From: an uncultured Candidatus Saccharibacteria bacterium
GTDB lineage: Bacteria; Patescibacteriota; Saccharimonadia; Saccharimonadales; Saccharimonadaceae
Reading direction: 5' to 3'
Length of the DNA stretch: 64,000 nucleotides
Assembly: GCA_964566735.1 (NCBI GenBank)
Contig: CAZMJB010000001.1
Coordinates: 21,516 to 85,515 of the forward strand
Position numbers and translations under genes: made by a program. The notes under the pieces were generated by a model, which saw nothing but the letters and a program-made list of their open reading frames with translations, did not search any database and was not told the DNA's origin. Below, piece by piece: positions 37,247-45,938 of the stretch (the stretch's first letter is position 1; every line of letters begins with the position of its first letter).

Positions 37247-37474
37247 TTATCTTTTTTTAATCGTACGGATTGCATTGGCGATCTCGGCAAATACTTTCAC
37301 CGGTGAGAACCAGTTGGTAATGCTCGCCATATTCTCGGTTGTTTGTTGAACATTGCTCGCAATCTTGTTCAACTTCACTGCCAGCACAATTGCGACAATT
37401 ATCAATGTGATAATAACCACCGATAGTACTATAAGGTTTACTGTAAGCAGCGTGATGACCGTTGCTATGTCCAT
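37247..37474 (-). CDS. DUF948-like single-pass membrane protein (second copy)
   Basis: 75 aa with an N-terminal TM helix. It has the same position relative to YtxH as 10913-11176. Confidence 0.5.
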   Translation of the reverse strand: MDIATVITLLTVNLIVLSVVIITLIIVAIVLAVKLNKIASNVQQTTENMASITNWFSPVKVFAEIANAIRTIKKR

Positions 37475-37562
37475 GGGACCTCCTGTCTTTTAGTGCTATC
37501 TTGAGCGCTTTAAGCTCTATCTAATATTATTCTCCACGAAACTGAGAATTTCCTGTATACAC

Positions 37563-38180
37563 TTAGGAGTTCTGAACTAAGTCCCAAACATAATAATTTG
37601 TTTTGTCGGGTTGGTCTTCGATATATCCCTCAGGGTTAAAAGCCGATTCGGGTATAACGGTTTCGAATTTATAAAAGATGTAGGAACTTTCAAGACCTGG
37701 GTACGTATCGGGTGTGAGCACTTTCGCTGTAGAGCCATGTGATTGTACGGAGATTATTTCTTTAATGCCCAGCTCCTCTTCAAGCGCTCGCATAACGGCA
37801 ACTTCCGGTGCTTCATCCGCCTTTAACTTTTCACCTAAGGATGAATCAAGCGTGCGACGCTTTATGTTGTCTTCGCGTCCGTCTTTGAATTCTTGACGAT
37901 CTTCTCTGAGGCGATACACGTCGCCATTCGATAGTTCGCAAAACACATCCACCCATACAACGCGGAGTTCTCGAAGGATTTCACCATTCGACTTTACTGT
38001 AATAGTTGATTCACCCTCGTGAATTTCGTCGAGAAGGTTCTCAATGGTCTTTGCGGGCCCCATACCAAAGCGGTCAACATGGACGCCGCCACGGCGTAAA
38101 GCCGTTTTGAGCTGTTGAACCGTTGTACGCTCGTCGAAAACCACCCCTTGTTCTAATTGTGAGAACTCGGGGTTTGTCAT
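37563..38180 (-). CDS. NUDIX-like hydrolase
   Basis: The start is moved to MTNPEF, directly after the rmuC stop. The Nudix-box-like stretch is GEKLKADEAPEVAVMRALEEELGI. Confidence 0.5.
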   Translation of the reverse strand: MTNPEFSQLEQGVVFDERTTVQQLKTALRRGGVHVDRFGMGPAKTIENLLDEIHEGESTITVKSNGEILRELRVVWVDVFCELSNGDVYRLREDRQEFKDGREDNIKRRTLDSSLGEKLKADEAPEVAVMRALEEELGIKEIISVQSHGSTAKVLTPDTYPGLESSYIFYKFETVIPESAFNPEGYIEDQPDKTNYYVWDLVQNS

Positions 38181-38181
38181 G

Positions 38182-39255
38182 CTACAGCTCGTCCTGCTGT
38201 GGTTTATCAATAAGCAGCGGCTCTATACTTTTGTTGGTGCCGGCGATCTTGGTAACGTCGGTATCGACCTTCGCGAGTTCCTTATGGGCATTGTTGTAGT
38301 GCCCCACGGTTGTCCCAAGTGACTTTCCGAGTTTTTCCATGAAGCTATCAAACGCTGCAATGTGTCGGCCGAGCTTTCCAACTTGGACCTGGATGTCTTT
38401 GGCTTGCTCTTCAATTTGAAGACTACGAAGTCCTTGGAGGACGGTTTGTAGGTAGGCCATAAAGCTGGTTGGACTCACGATAACCACCTTTTTTTCGCGG
38501 AAGGCGTATTCAATAAGGTCGCGGGCGCTCGAGCCAGTTCCAACGTCGCCGATAAGTAGGTCGTAATACAGTGATTCGCTTGGAATAAACATGAAGGCAA
38601 AGTCCATAGTACCTTCGGCTGGGCGGATGTATTTACTGGTTTCGTCGATACGACCCTTAAGGTCGTTACGGACTTTTTTGAGCCATTCTTCACGCTCGCT
38701 TTTGGTTTGTGAAGCAACCATACGGTTATAGTTTTCAAGGCTAAACTTGCTGTCAACTGGGAGGATCTGGCCTTTATCGAGGAACACCACCGCATCGGCA
38801 ATGACACCGTCGCGGAAGCTATACTGCATTTTGAAGTTCTTGACCGGCAAAATATTGGCAAGGACAGATTCAAGGTAGTATTCACCAAAGACACCGCGTT
38901 GCTTTGGATTCTGCAGCACGTTTTGAAGGGTCTTAAGTTCATCCGCTACATCAACGACTCGGCGGTTAGTTTCGTCGAGCTTGGTGAGACGCTGCGATAC
39001 ATCGCCCACCAGCTTCATACTTTCGGTGAGCTGTTTTTGCATTGAACTCTGCATATTGGTTGCGTTGCGTTCAAGCTTGTCGCCAAGGTTTGTCTGAAGC
39101 GCCGCAATGGTGCGGTTAAGTTCAGTAACGTCCGCTTTCAAAAGCTCGACGCCGCCCGTTTGCTTTAAATCACGAAGACGCTGCGTAATAACAAAGAGCG
39201 CAGCGCCCATGCCGGCAATAGCCAGCACTAAAAGAATTATGACCACCATTTCCAT
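38182..39255 (-). CDS. rmuC: DNA recombination protein RmuC
   Basis: 357 aa with an N-terminal TM helix, a coiled coil and a C-terminal RmuC nuclease-like region (DFAFMFIPSESLYYDL). Confidence 0.85.
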   Translation of the reverse strand: MEMVVIILLVLAIAGMGAALFVITQRLRDLKQTGGVELLKADVTELNRTIAALQTNLGDKLERNATNMQSSMQKQLTESMKLVGDVSQRLTKLDETNRRVVDVADELKTLQNVLQNPKQRGVFGEYYLESVLANILPVKNFKMQYSFRDGVIADAVVFLDKGQILPVDSKFSLENYNRMVASQTKSEREEWLKKVRNDLKGRIDETSKYIRPAEGTMDFAFMFIPSESLYYDLLIGDVGTGSSARDLIEYAFREKKVVIVSPTSFMAYLQTVLQGLRSLQIEEQAKDIQVQVGKLGRHIAAFDSFMEKLGKSLGTTVGHYNNAHKELAKVDTDVTKIAGTNKSIEPLLIDKPQQDEL

Positions 39256-39259
39256 GGTA

Positions 39260-39745
39260 TTAGTATAGCACCAGGATGAGCCGGATGACCACTACAAGCA
39301 CCGCGGCGAGTGCCAATGATAGTGCGAACCATCGAAGGCGCGCCACCATCGAGAACAACCCATAGCTCGCTGCGTAGAAGAAGAGTCCCCAAAGCAGTGT
39401 TGCCCACCATGGAAGGCCGTTCAGAATTGCACCAAGGTCCCATAAAAGGAACAATGAGGCGACTGAAATAATGATTGGGCGTGGTTGTAAGTAACGCACG
39501 AGAAGCCATGTACCAGCCACGGCAACCAAAATAGCTGCAATACTCCCGCTAATACCGACCGAATTTACACATGCCGCAGCGGTCGCAATATCACGACACG
39601 CGATTGGCTCAACAATATACTGCCGCAGAATGGCGGTAAGAATCCACCATAACAGGCCTATTCCAAGACCAATGTATACACTTTGCCCCTTTGCCCACCA
39701 CGGTTCAACGACGACTTGCTGCTCGTTCTGAATGACTTTTGCCAT
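39260..39745 (-). CDS. Polytopic membrane protein
   Basis: The start is moved to MAKVIQNEQQ. Four or five hydrophobic segments are present. Confidence 0.5.
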   Translation of the reverse strand: MAKVIQNEQQVVVEPWWAKGQSVYIGLGIGLLWWILTAILRQYIVEPIACRDIATAAACVNSVGISGSIAAILVAVAGTWLLVRYLQPRPIIISVASLFLLWDLGAILNGLPWWATLLWGLFFYAASYGLFSMVARLRWFALSLALAAVLVVVIRLILVLY

Positions 39746-40226
39746 GACCGCGCTCCTCCTGCTTTCTTGGTACGTTACTGTACCATAAAGCACCGACAAG
39801 CGCAATTCCGACCCCTCCAATGACGTCGAGTGGCGTGTGGACGAGTGCGAGGACGCGGCCGATACATACAAGAATGGTAAGACCGGCAAGAACGATGGTG
39901 ACTTTTTTCATCCGAGTTTCGAACCAAACGGCTAATGTAATGGCGGTGACGAACAGCGCGTGATCTGATGGGAAGCCTGGGTTATTTAGATACAGAGCAC
40001 CCGGGTCGACGCCGAGGAGTTCGAATGGACGAAGTGCTTCGGGTTGGTAAACGGTTCCTATGAATTTTGCCAGCATGTACGAAGTAAGCCCCGCCATAAG
40101 GACACGACTATAGGCTTCGAAGCGCTTCCCCTTTGGCACCTTGAATAGCAGTGCCCAGGCACCAATAAGGATTACAGGAATGACGGCTGCGTCAGCGATA
40201 ATGCGAATGAATAATTCGATATGCAT
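39705..40226 (-). CDS. PAP2-family phosphatase
   Basis: The PAP2 motifs PGFPSDHALF and HTPLDVIGG are present. Confidence 0.75.
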   Translation of the reverse strand: MHIELFIRIIADAAVIPVILIGAWALLFKVPKGKRFEAYSRVLMAGLTSYMLAKFIGTVYQPEALRPFELLGVDPGALYLNNPGFPSDHALFVTAITLAVWFETRMKKVTIVLAGLTILVCIGRVLALVHTPLDVIGGVGIALVGALWYSNVPRKQEERGHGKSHSERAASRR

Positions 40227-40360
40227 ATAGGGTTAAGTATACGCTTGTGGGGGGATTTTTAACATGAGAGGTTTGGGGATTTTATTTATTTTGGTTTTGT
40301 GTAAAAATTTAATAATTATTTAACAAATCGAGCGTAAATTGAGTTACATATATCAATAAA

Positions 40361-41062
40361 ATGGGAGGCACCATGAAACTGCTCGTTATCGAGGATAATC
40401 CTCGTCTTTCTGCGCGCATGAAACAGCAACTACAGAAATGGTATATTGTTGAGGTTGCAAATACTGGCGACGAAGGACTGAAATTAGTATCGAACGACAC
40501 ATTCGATACAATACTGCTCGACTTAGGCCTACCTGACGCCCCTGGACTAGAGGTATGCCGGCAGATCCGTTTAATTACTCCAGATACACCCATTCTTATA
40601 GTTACGGGAATCGACACTATTTCAAGCAAGGTGGATCTCCTCGACAATGGTGCCGACGACTACATCACCAAGCCCTTTGAACTAACAGAACTTCGTGCAC
40701 GCATTAACGCCCTCGCGCGACGACGAGAAAGAAGTGCATATATGCCCTCGTTATCACTGGGTGACTTAATTATCGAACCCGCGAGTCGTAAAGTTACGAG
40801 AGACGGGCAAGAGATCTCGTTGCGAAGAAAAGAATTCGACATACTAGAGTACCTAGTAAGTAATACTGGTCGCGTTTTATCAAGAGAAATGATAATAAAT
40901 CATGCATGGCCAATAGCGAATCGAGGATGGACAGGTTCCGTAGATGTGCATATTAAGCAACTCCGAGACAAGGTGGACAGGCCATTTTCATACCCACTTA
41001 TAAAAACATCGTACGGCGTAGGGTACATGGCCGTTATGCCGAAAGACAAAGTGACAGAATAG
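40361..41062 (+). CDS. OmpR-family response regulator
   Basis: A receiver domain (LLVIEDN, ILLDLGLPD) plus a winged-helix domain (LRRKEFDILEYL, YGVGY). Confidence 0.9.
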   Translation: MGGTMKLLVIEDNPRLSARMKQQLQKWYIVEVANTGDEGLKLVSNDTFDTILLDLGLPDAPGLEVCRQIRLITPDTPILIVTGIDTISSKVDLLDNGADDYITKPFELTELRARINALARRRERSAYMPSLSLGDLIIEPASRKVTRDGQEISLRRKEFDILEYLVSNTGRVLSREMIINHAWPIANRGWTGSVDVHIKQLRDKVDRPFSYPLIKTSYGVGYMAVMPKDKVTE

Positions 41063-41070
41063 CGGTTCTT

Positions 41071-42423
41071 ATGCCAATTTCGAACCTTGAACTCAGTGGT
41101 GCAGCGCGAATTACGCGGCTCGTAGCATATGGTACATTTGGCGTCGCCGTTACATTAACCGCACTCATACTTGTTTATGATATTTTCAATGCCTCTCCTC
41201 CAAGAACAAGATTTTGGATTGGCTGTGGTGTTATTGCATACACAGTTCTAGTAATCTATCTTTCCCTTCATCAACGGATAAAGACGGCAAACTGGCTCCT
41301 CATCCTATTATTCGAACTCCTCGCGAGTGTAGTGCTTATTAATTGGGGGCTTAGCTCCACTGTTGGCATACTGACAGCAAGTTTCGCCATTCTCTTGCCG
41401 GGAATATTTATGACACCTCGCAGCATTCTTCCCGTCACGGTTATTACGCTTGCAGTTATGTTACTCGCTCACATGATACATGTGCTCGGAATTGTCACTC
41501 CGATAGCGTACATACCACCCAATCCATCAAGCGCCTTAGATGTTATAGCCTACGCGACAATTCTATCTGTTTTTGCACTTGTATCATGGGTTTCCGCAAG
41601 GCAGTCAACACTTAGTCTCGAAAGGGCTTTGGATGCAGAAGAAGAAGTGAGAAAACAGAAAAATTCTTTAGCTCGCGAGTTAGAGAAGGAGTCTAACCGA
41701 CTAAGACAAGCACAGCTTCAGCAAATACAACAGCTGTATAAATTCGCTGTTATTGGACAGTCTACGGCGGCAACTCTCCATGAACTATCTAACCATCTGA
41801 GTGTCCTTAACTTAGACATCGACGACATGAAGCAACAGCACCGCCATTCTAAGGCAATTGAAAACGCGGAAGATGGTATAAAGTACATCAACCGCATGAT
41901 AAGAAAAGCCAGAGCCCAGCTCAACAATACTAATTCCAATGATCTAAGTTTTAATGTCCATACCGCCCTGAATCAGTGCACTAAGGATCTACGGCAAAAA
42001 TTACATTCTCACCATATTGAACTTCTTATATCAGGAGTGCGTAACAAGAAGCCCGTTATTATCAACGGAGACCCAATAAATTTGATTCAAGCCCTTTCCA
42101 TTCTTATCAACAATGCTATCGATGCATGCACGGCAACATCCCAACCGCAAATCAAAATATCTGTTACTGACTTAAAACGGATAATAAAAATTCGAGTATC
42201 TGACAATGGAAGCGGGATTGATGAATCTATTAGAAACAAGATATTCCAGCCGCTTGAAAGCACCAAGCCATCCGGACTTGGTGTTGGACTATACATTGCA
42301 AAGCATCTTATTGAATCGCAATTTAACGGAACCCTGGAATGTATTGACTCAAAACATGGCGCAACATTCCAGGTTTCAATTAGTAAAAAATGGAATCAGA
42401 GGGAAATTAAGGTCGCTCGGTAA
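41071..42423 (+). CDS. Sensor histidine kinase
   Basis: A polytopic N-terminus, an H-box (ATLHELSNHL), an N box (ILINNAIDA) and G boxes (DNGSGI, GLGVGL). Confidence 0.85.
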   Translation: MPISNLELSGAARITRLVAYGTFGVAVTLTALILVYDIFNASPPRTRFWIGCGVIAYTVLVIYLSLHQRIKTANWLLILLFELLASVVLINWGLSSTVGILTASFAILLPGIFMTPRSILPVTVITLAVMLLAHMIHVLGIVTPIAYIPPNPSSALDVIAYATILSVFALVSWVSARQSTLSLERALDAEEEVRKQKNSLARELEKESNRLRQAQLQQIQQLYKFAVIGQSTAATLHELSNHLSVLNLDIDDMKQQHRHSKAIENAEDGIKYINRMIRKARAQLNNTNSNDLSFNVHTALNQCTKDLRQKLHSHHIELLISGVRNKKPVIINGDPINLIQALSILINNAIDACTATSQPQIKISVTDLKRIIKIRVSDNGSGIDESIRNKIFQPLESTKPSGLGVGLYIAKHLIESQFNGTLECIDSKHGATFQVSISKKWNQREIKVAR

Positions 42424-43249
42424 TACCGACTATATTCTTCAGATATTCAGCCAAACTCTTCACATACCCACCCACAACCTCGTGCCCAGCTATAAGTCGC
42501 TTCGCCGTTACATTTTCCTTCGTCTTAGCCAGCGTGGTTATATGTTTTTTAATAACCACTGGGTCAAAAGTTCCGTAAAAAATATCAATCGGTATTTTTA
42601 ACGTAGCCACATCCGCAAGCGCAGTCTGGTTAATAATACTTGCTTCGAGTGCGCCCAAATACGAGCCCACATTATCTTGTGTTATATTCAGCGTCTTATT
42701 CGCTAGCCCAAGCTTCACTGCGAGTGGCGACAATGCCTCGAGCTGCTCGGGGTGTTTCTTTGCTACGCGGTAAAGCTCGCGGAGCATGTCGTCGCCCGTC
42801 GGGATGCGCTTTCCTTCTGCAGTTGGGCTGTAAAATGGTGGGCTACACAGTACAAGGCGCTTTGGTAAAAGGGTGTATCGCTTCGCCACTTCAACAGCCA
42901 CGAGTGCCCCAAGCGAGTGTCCAACCAAAATCGGTTGGTGTGCCATGCGGAGCCCGAGCAATGTAATTCCAAGTGAGCGTGCCTGTGTCTTGGCATTGTA
43001 GATCGCCCAGTCTGGCTTTGGTGATCCGCCAAACCCAAGTAAGTCTACGCCAATAATGCGAACGTCTTTTGGCATTAGCGCCACCACGTCATCCCACGAA
43101 TGAAGCGTATTGCCAATACCGTGAATAAATACAAAAGTTGCGCGCGGCTTCTTTGGCGATTGGAATTCCTTCACATTCAATGTATATGGAATGCGCAGGT
43201 AGTGGTGCACAAAATTTGAAACGGACGCACGAAACGAAGCCTTAGTCAT
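42407..43249 (-). CDS. Alpha/beta hydrolase
   Basis: The nucleophile elbow GHSLGA is present. Size is 280 aa. Confidence 0.75.
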   Translation of the reverse strand: MTKASFRASVSNFVHHYLRIPYTLNVKEFQSPKKPRATFVFIHGIGNTLHSWDDVVALMPKDVRIIGVDLLGFGGSPKPDWAIYNAKTQARSLGITLLGLRMAHQPILVGHSLGALVAVEVAKRYTLLPKRLVLCSPPFYSPTAEGKRIPTGDDMLRELYRVAKKHPEQLEALSPLAVKLGLANKTLNITQDNVGSYLGALEASIINQTALADVATLKIPIDIFYGTFDPVVIKKHITTLAKTKENVTAKRLIAGHEVVGGYVKSLAEYLKNIVGITERP

Positions 43250-43269
43250 AGGTTTATAGTAGCAAACCT

Positions 43270-43587
43270 TTAGCCATGAAGAAATTTAAGTCCCACCACA
43301 CAGGCAATAATGCCAAGAATCAGTAATATCTTCGCCAGTGAAATAGGCTCCATTCCTGTAAGCATGGCATAAATAGCCGTTAACGATGCACCGATACCCA
43401 CCCACACCGCATAGGCGGTTCCAATAGGGAGGGTGCGCGTTGCATAGGCGAGGCCGAGCATACTCAACACCAATGCTACAACAAAGATAGCCGAAGGCCA
43501 CAGCTTTGTAAGGCCTTCTGATTTGCCAAGGGCGGTCGCCCAGACTGCTTCTAATATTCCCGAGACGATAAGTACAAACCAAGCCAT
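43270..43587 (-). CDS. sugE: SMR-family exporter, SugE/Gdx type
   Basis: The start is moved to MAWFVLIVSGILEAVWATALGKSEGLTKLWPS...LPIGTAYAVWVGIGA, which is close to SugE over its whole length. The longer ORF-track N-terminus is translated riboswitch sequence. Confidence 0.85.
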   Translation of the reverse strand: MAWFVLIVSGILEAVWATALGKSEGLTKLWPSAIFVVALVLSMLGLAYATRTLPIGTAYAVWVGIGASLTAIYAMLTGMEPISLAKILLILGIIACVVGLKFLHG

Positions 43588-43600
43588 AAAAACATTCCTT

Positions 43601-43641
43601 CTGCGTCGTCTTTGCCTACCTGGTACGTCGCGATCGTCAGG
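43601..43641 (-). promoter_or_regulatory. Guanidine-III (ykkC-III)-like riboswitch
   Basis: The minus strand reads CCUGACGAUCGCGACGUACCAGGUAGGCAAAGACGACGCAG. P1 is CCUG/CAGG. A loop GCGACGU can pair with the 3' ACGACGC as a pseudoknot in 6 of 7 positions. The ACG, GUACC and AAGACG blocks fall in the same order as the ykkC-III consensus as I recall it. The SD GAAGGAA follows 3 nt later, then sugE. Confidence 0.6.
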
Positions 43642-43674
43642 ATAATTAAAATTTATCAGCAAAAGCTCAAAGCT

Positions 43675-44250
43675 TTAAGTAGAGTCGTCCTCTCCCGCCT
43701 CAGCAGGAAATTCATAATTAAACTTGAGCAACATTTCTACAAGCTTAATAATACTAGTGGCCCGTTCCTCATCCATAATGACAATCTCATGATTTGCTTC
43801 ATTTCCCGCTTTTCGAATTTGATCAATCCATGATTTACTTTTCGGAGGGGTGTAGTGGTTGTCTGCAAGGTAAGTTACGTATTCCGCAAATGTTTTACCC
43901 TTATCGGCTCCGAGCTCAACTGCAATATGCATCAACAGCTTGCGAGCAGCTAAAACCGCAGAAGTATAACTCCCAACTGCCGTAGAATTGCGAATTTCAT
44001 TATACAAATCCGCGATGTCATTAGGTAAGTGTCCTACTGTGCTACCTAGCAAAGACCCGGGAGTTTGTTTATCATCGAAAGAAAAATAGGTAGGCTTATT
44101 ACACGCATGACACACATAAACCTCCCCCCTCTTTTCATAACCATCGTGTGAATAATAGCCGACGTTTGAGCTAACGCGCTCTCCACAGTGTCCGCAAGAG
44201 AAACTTATACTTTCTAGCTTTGATAGCTGTTGCCATGTCCCAGGTTCCAT
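43675..44250 (-). CDS. DUF4145/HEPN-like protein with an N-terminal Cys4 zinc ribbon
   Basis: CGHCGERV...CHACNKP forms the zinc ribbon. The C-terminal helical domain carries the family motif IDQIRKAGNEANHE. Confidence 0.6.
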   Translation of the reverse strand: MEPGTWQQLSKLESISFSCGHCGERVSSNVGYYSHDGYEKRGEVYVCHACNKPTYFSFDDKQTPGSLLGSTVGHLPNDIADLYNEIRNSTAVGSYTSAVLAARKLLMHIAVELGADKGKTFAEYVTYLADNHYTPPKSKSWIDQIRKAGNEANHEIVIMDEERATSIIKLVEMLLKFNYEFPAEAGEDDST

Positions 44251-44290
44251 AGTGTAATTCTACGTCATTTATACAAATACTCAAATAAGG

Positions 44291-44436
44291 ATTGAGTGGA
44301 GGGATTCGGTCACCTCCGGCGACCCCGCGAGTTCACGATTGGAGCTCAAGCTCCATCGGAACGTCGCCCTCAAACAGCCACTGGCTGTTTTCGCCCCCTC
44401 ATGCCACTCGGGGGTTCTCGTGTCGTTCACAGAGCC
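44291..44436. other. GC-rich multi-hairpin segment of unknown class; strand unresolved
   Basis: Helices: 44298-44302/44313-44317, 44318-44323/44363-44368, 44340-44345/44350-44355, 44372-44379/44383-44390 and 44394-44398/44410-44414. The ORF-track entries here are implausible as proteins. Confidence 0.4.
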
Positions 44437-44473
44437 AAAGAAAAAGCAGGCATAAAACCTGCTTTTTCTTTGG
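44435..44473. terminator. Bidirectional intrinsic terminator directly after tRNA-Gln
   Basis: A perfect 16-bp stem, CCAAAGAAAAAGCAGG, loop cataaaa, CCTGCTTTTTCTTTGG. It overlaps the encoded CCA of the tRNA. Confidence 0.7.
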
Positions 44474-44545
44474 CTAGGGTGGAGGGATTCGAACCCCCGA
44501 ATGCCAGGACCAAAACCTGGTGCCTTACCACTTGGCGACACCCTA
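44471..44545 (-). tRNA. tRNA-Gln (anticodon UUG), CCA encoded
   Basis: Manual cloverleaf: acceptor TAGGGTG/CACCCTA, anticodon arm CCAGG-TTTTGGT-CCTGG, T arm GGGGG-TTCGAAT-CCCTC, discriminator G, CCA. Confidence 0.9.
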
Positions 44546-44609
44546 TTAGCGTACCGACATATTATACAGTAATAGGGGTAAATGCTCAAGCCTTATAAGG
44601 CGGCGGTAA

Positions 44610-45149
44610 TTATGAAGTCTTCTTGCCTTTTACGCCGTTTGAGCGCTCAACATGGGCGAATTCGCCGTGGATTTCAAACAAGAAGTACGCAGTAACGGCA
44701 ATCCAGAGGGTACCGAAGATAAGGTTTCCTACGAAGCCGAGTGGATTGAGGGTCAAGACCGCACCGACGACCATCGCAATAATCGCAACCAGCCATGATG
44801 CAAATAGCAGCACCCAGCCCTTTTTCTGCTTTGCCTTGAGTGGTGAGATGGCGAATGCCATGAGCAGGAATTCAATTGCCGTAAAGAACAGTCCCACTGC
44901 AGCGTTCACAATTAACCAGCCTACAAAAGTTGTAGAGGCGTAGTATGAAACCACCGGACTCCCCAGTGACGTAAGGTGCGTAATAAGTGCACCAAGCAGG
45001 CCAAGTGCGCCAATACCGGTAAGCACCGTTCCAATCACTACAATCCACCAAACATTATCGCCAAGCCAAGTACGCACACCCGCAGGTAAGTGCGGAACAT
45101 CTTTTAGCCATCCTTTAATGGTTCGCTCGAGTTTTGATAACGCGTCCAT
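44610..45149 (-). CDS. Polytopic membrane protein
   Basis: The start is moved to MDALSKLERT, which is preceded by a GAGGAG RBS. Four hydrophobic segments are present. Confidence 0.5.
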   Translation of the reverse strand: MDALSKLERTIKGWLKDVPHLPAGVRTWLGDNVWWIVVIGTVLTGIGALGLLGALITHLTSLGSPVVSYYASTTFVGWLIVNAAVGLFFTAIEFLLMAFAISPLKAKQKKGWVLLFASWLVAIIAMVVGAVLTLNPLGFVGNLIFGTLWIAVTAYFLFEIHGEFAHVERSNGVKGKKTS

Positions 45150-45203
45150 ATGCAAAATCTCCTCTTTTACCTTCATCATACCCCTGTGCTGGGTATTTCT
45201 CAA

Positions 45204-45773
45204 CTAGTTTTTTGTGCGACTTCCTGGCCACAGCCCCCAAGTGGCCCAAGCGACTAAAATACAGAGTGCCAGCGATACGGACACTACCCACCAGCCTGGC
45301 ACTAACGGCACGAGGGTACCAAGGTACCCAACGGTCTCGACTGCGGGACGGGTCAGCGCCACCCAGAAGCTTATAAACGTCCACAGGCCAGCAACCAGCC
45401 AGCCGAGCACCATACTGAGCCAACGAAACGCCGGGCTCACGGCCATGCCAAGTAAAAATGGCAGCGCAAAGATCTCGGCCACAATAATAAGCGGCGCGAG
45501 CATATGGGTAATGACATCACCAAACGGCAATGCCATAGCTGGAATAAGCTCAAGGAATTCCTCGAGCGTAAAGAGTTGCGTCAATGCAAAAACAACAAAA
45601 ATACCCGTGAGCAGTATCGCCATTTGGCGTGATTCTTTTGTTCGAGGCTTTGGTGCGGGCGTTGCTTTTACAAGGATACTCATGCCATTCAGTATACGTC
45701 CGTGCTTATGGTTTTGCCAAACTGTTGTCATTTTTAACTTTTTTGTAAAATACGCTTGCGCTTTTAATTGCAT
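45204..45773 (-). CDS. Polytopic membrane protein (start uncertain)
   Basis: 189-aa ORF with four hydrophobic segments and several candidate internal starts. Confidence 0.45.
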   Translation of the reverse strand: MQLKAQAYFTKKLKMTTVWQNHKHGRILNGMSILVKATPAPKPRTKESRQMAILLTGIFVVFALTQLFTLEEFLELIPAMALPFGDVITHMLAPLIIVAEIFALPFLLGMAVSPAFRWLSMVLGWLVAGLWTFISFWVALTRPAVETVGYLGTLVPLVPGWWVVSVSLALCILVAWATWGLWPGSRTKN

Positions 45774-45938
45774 TTCAGTACAGTAGTGAACAAGCGAAAG
45801 TTACAAAAACAAACAAACTCCAAAAAAATTCCAAAAAAGATTTTTTTACTTGTTGTAGCTAACGCTATACGATATCCACCACAACACGAGAATTCCCGCT
45901 TCGGCGGGTTTTTTCGTGGCTTCAATTTCGGCGCTCAC

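Noticed and set aside
44281-44598. Three 60-102-aa ORFs across the tRNA-Gln locus
   Set aside because: They overlap the tRNA gene, the 16-bp terminator stem and the hairpin-rich segment. They lack RBSs and have implausible compositions.
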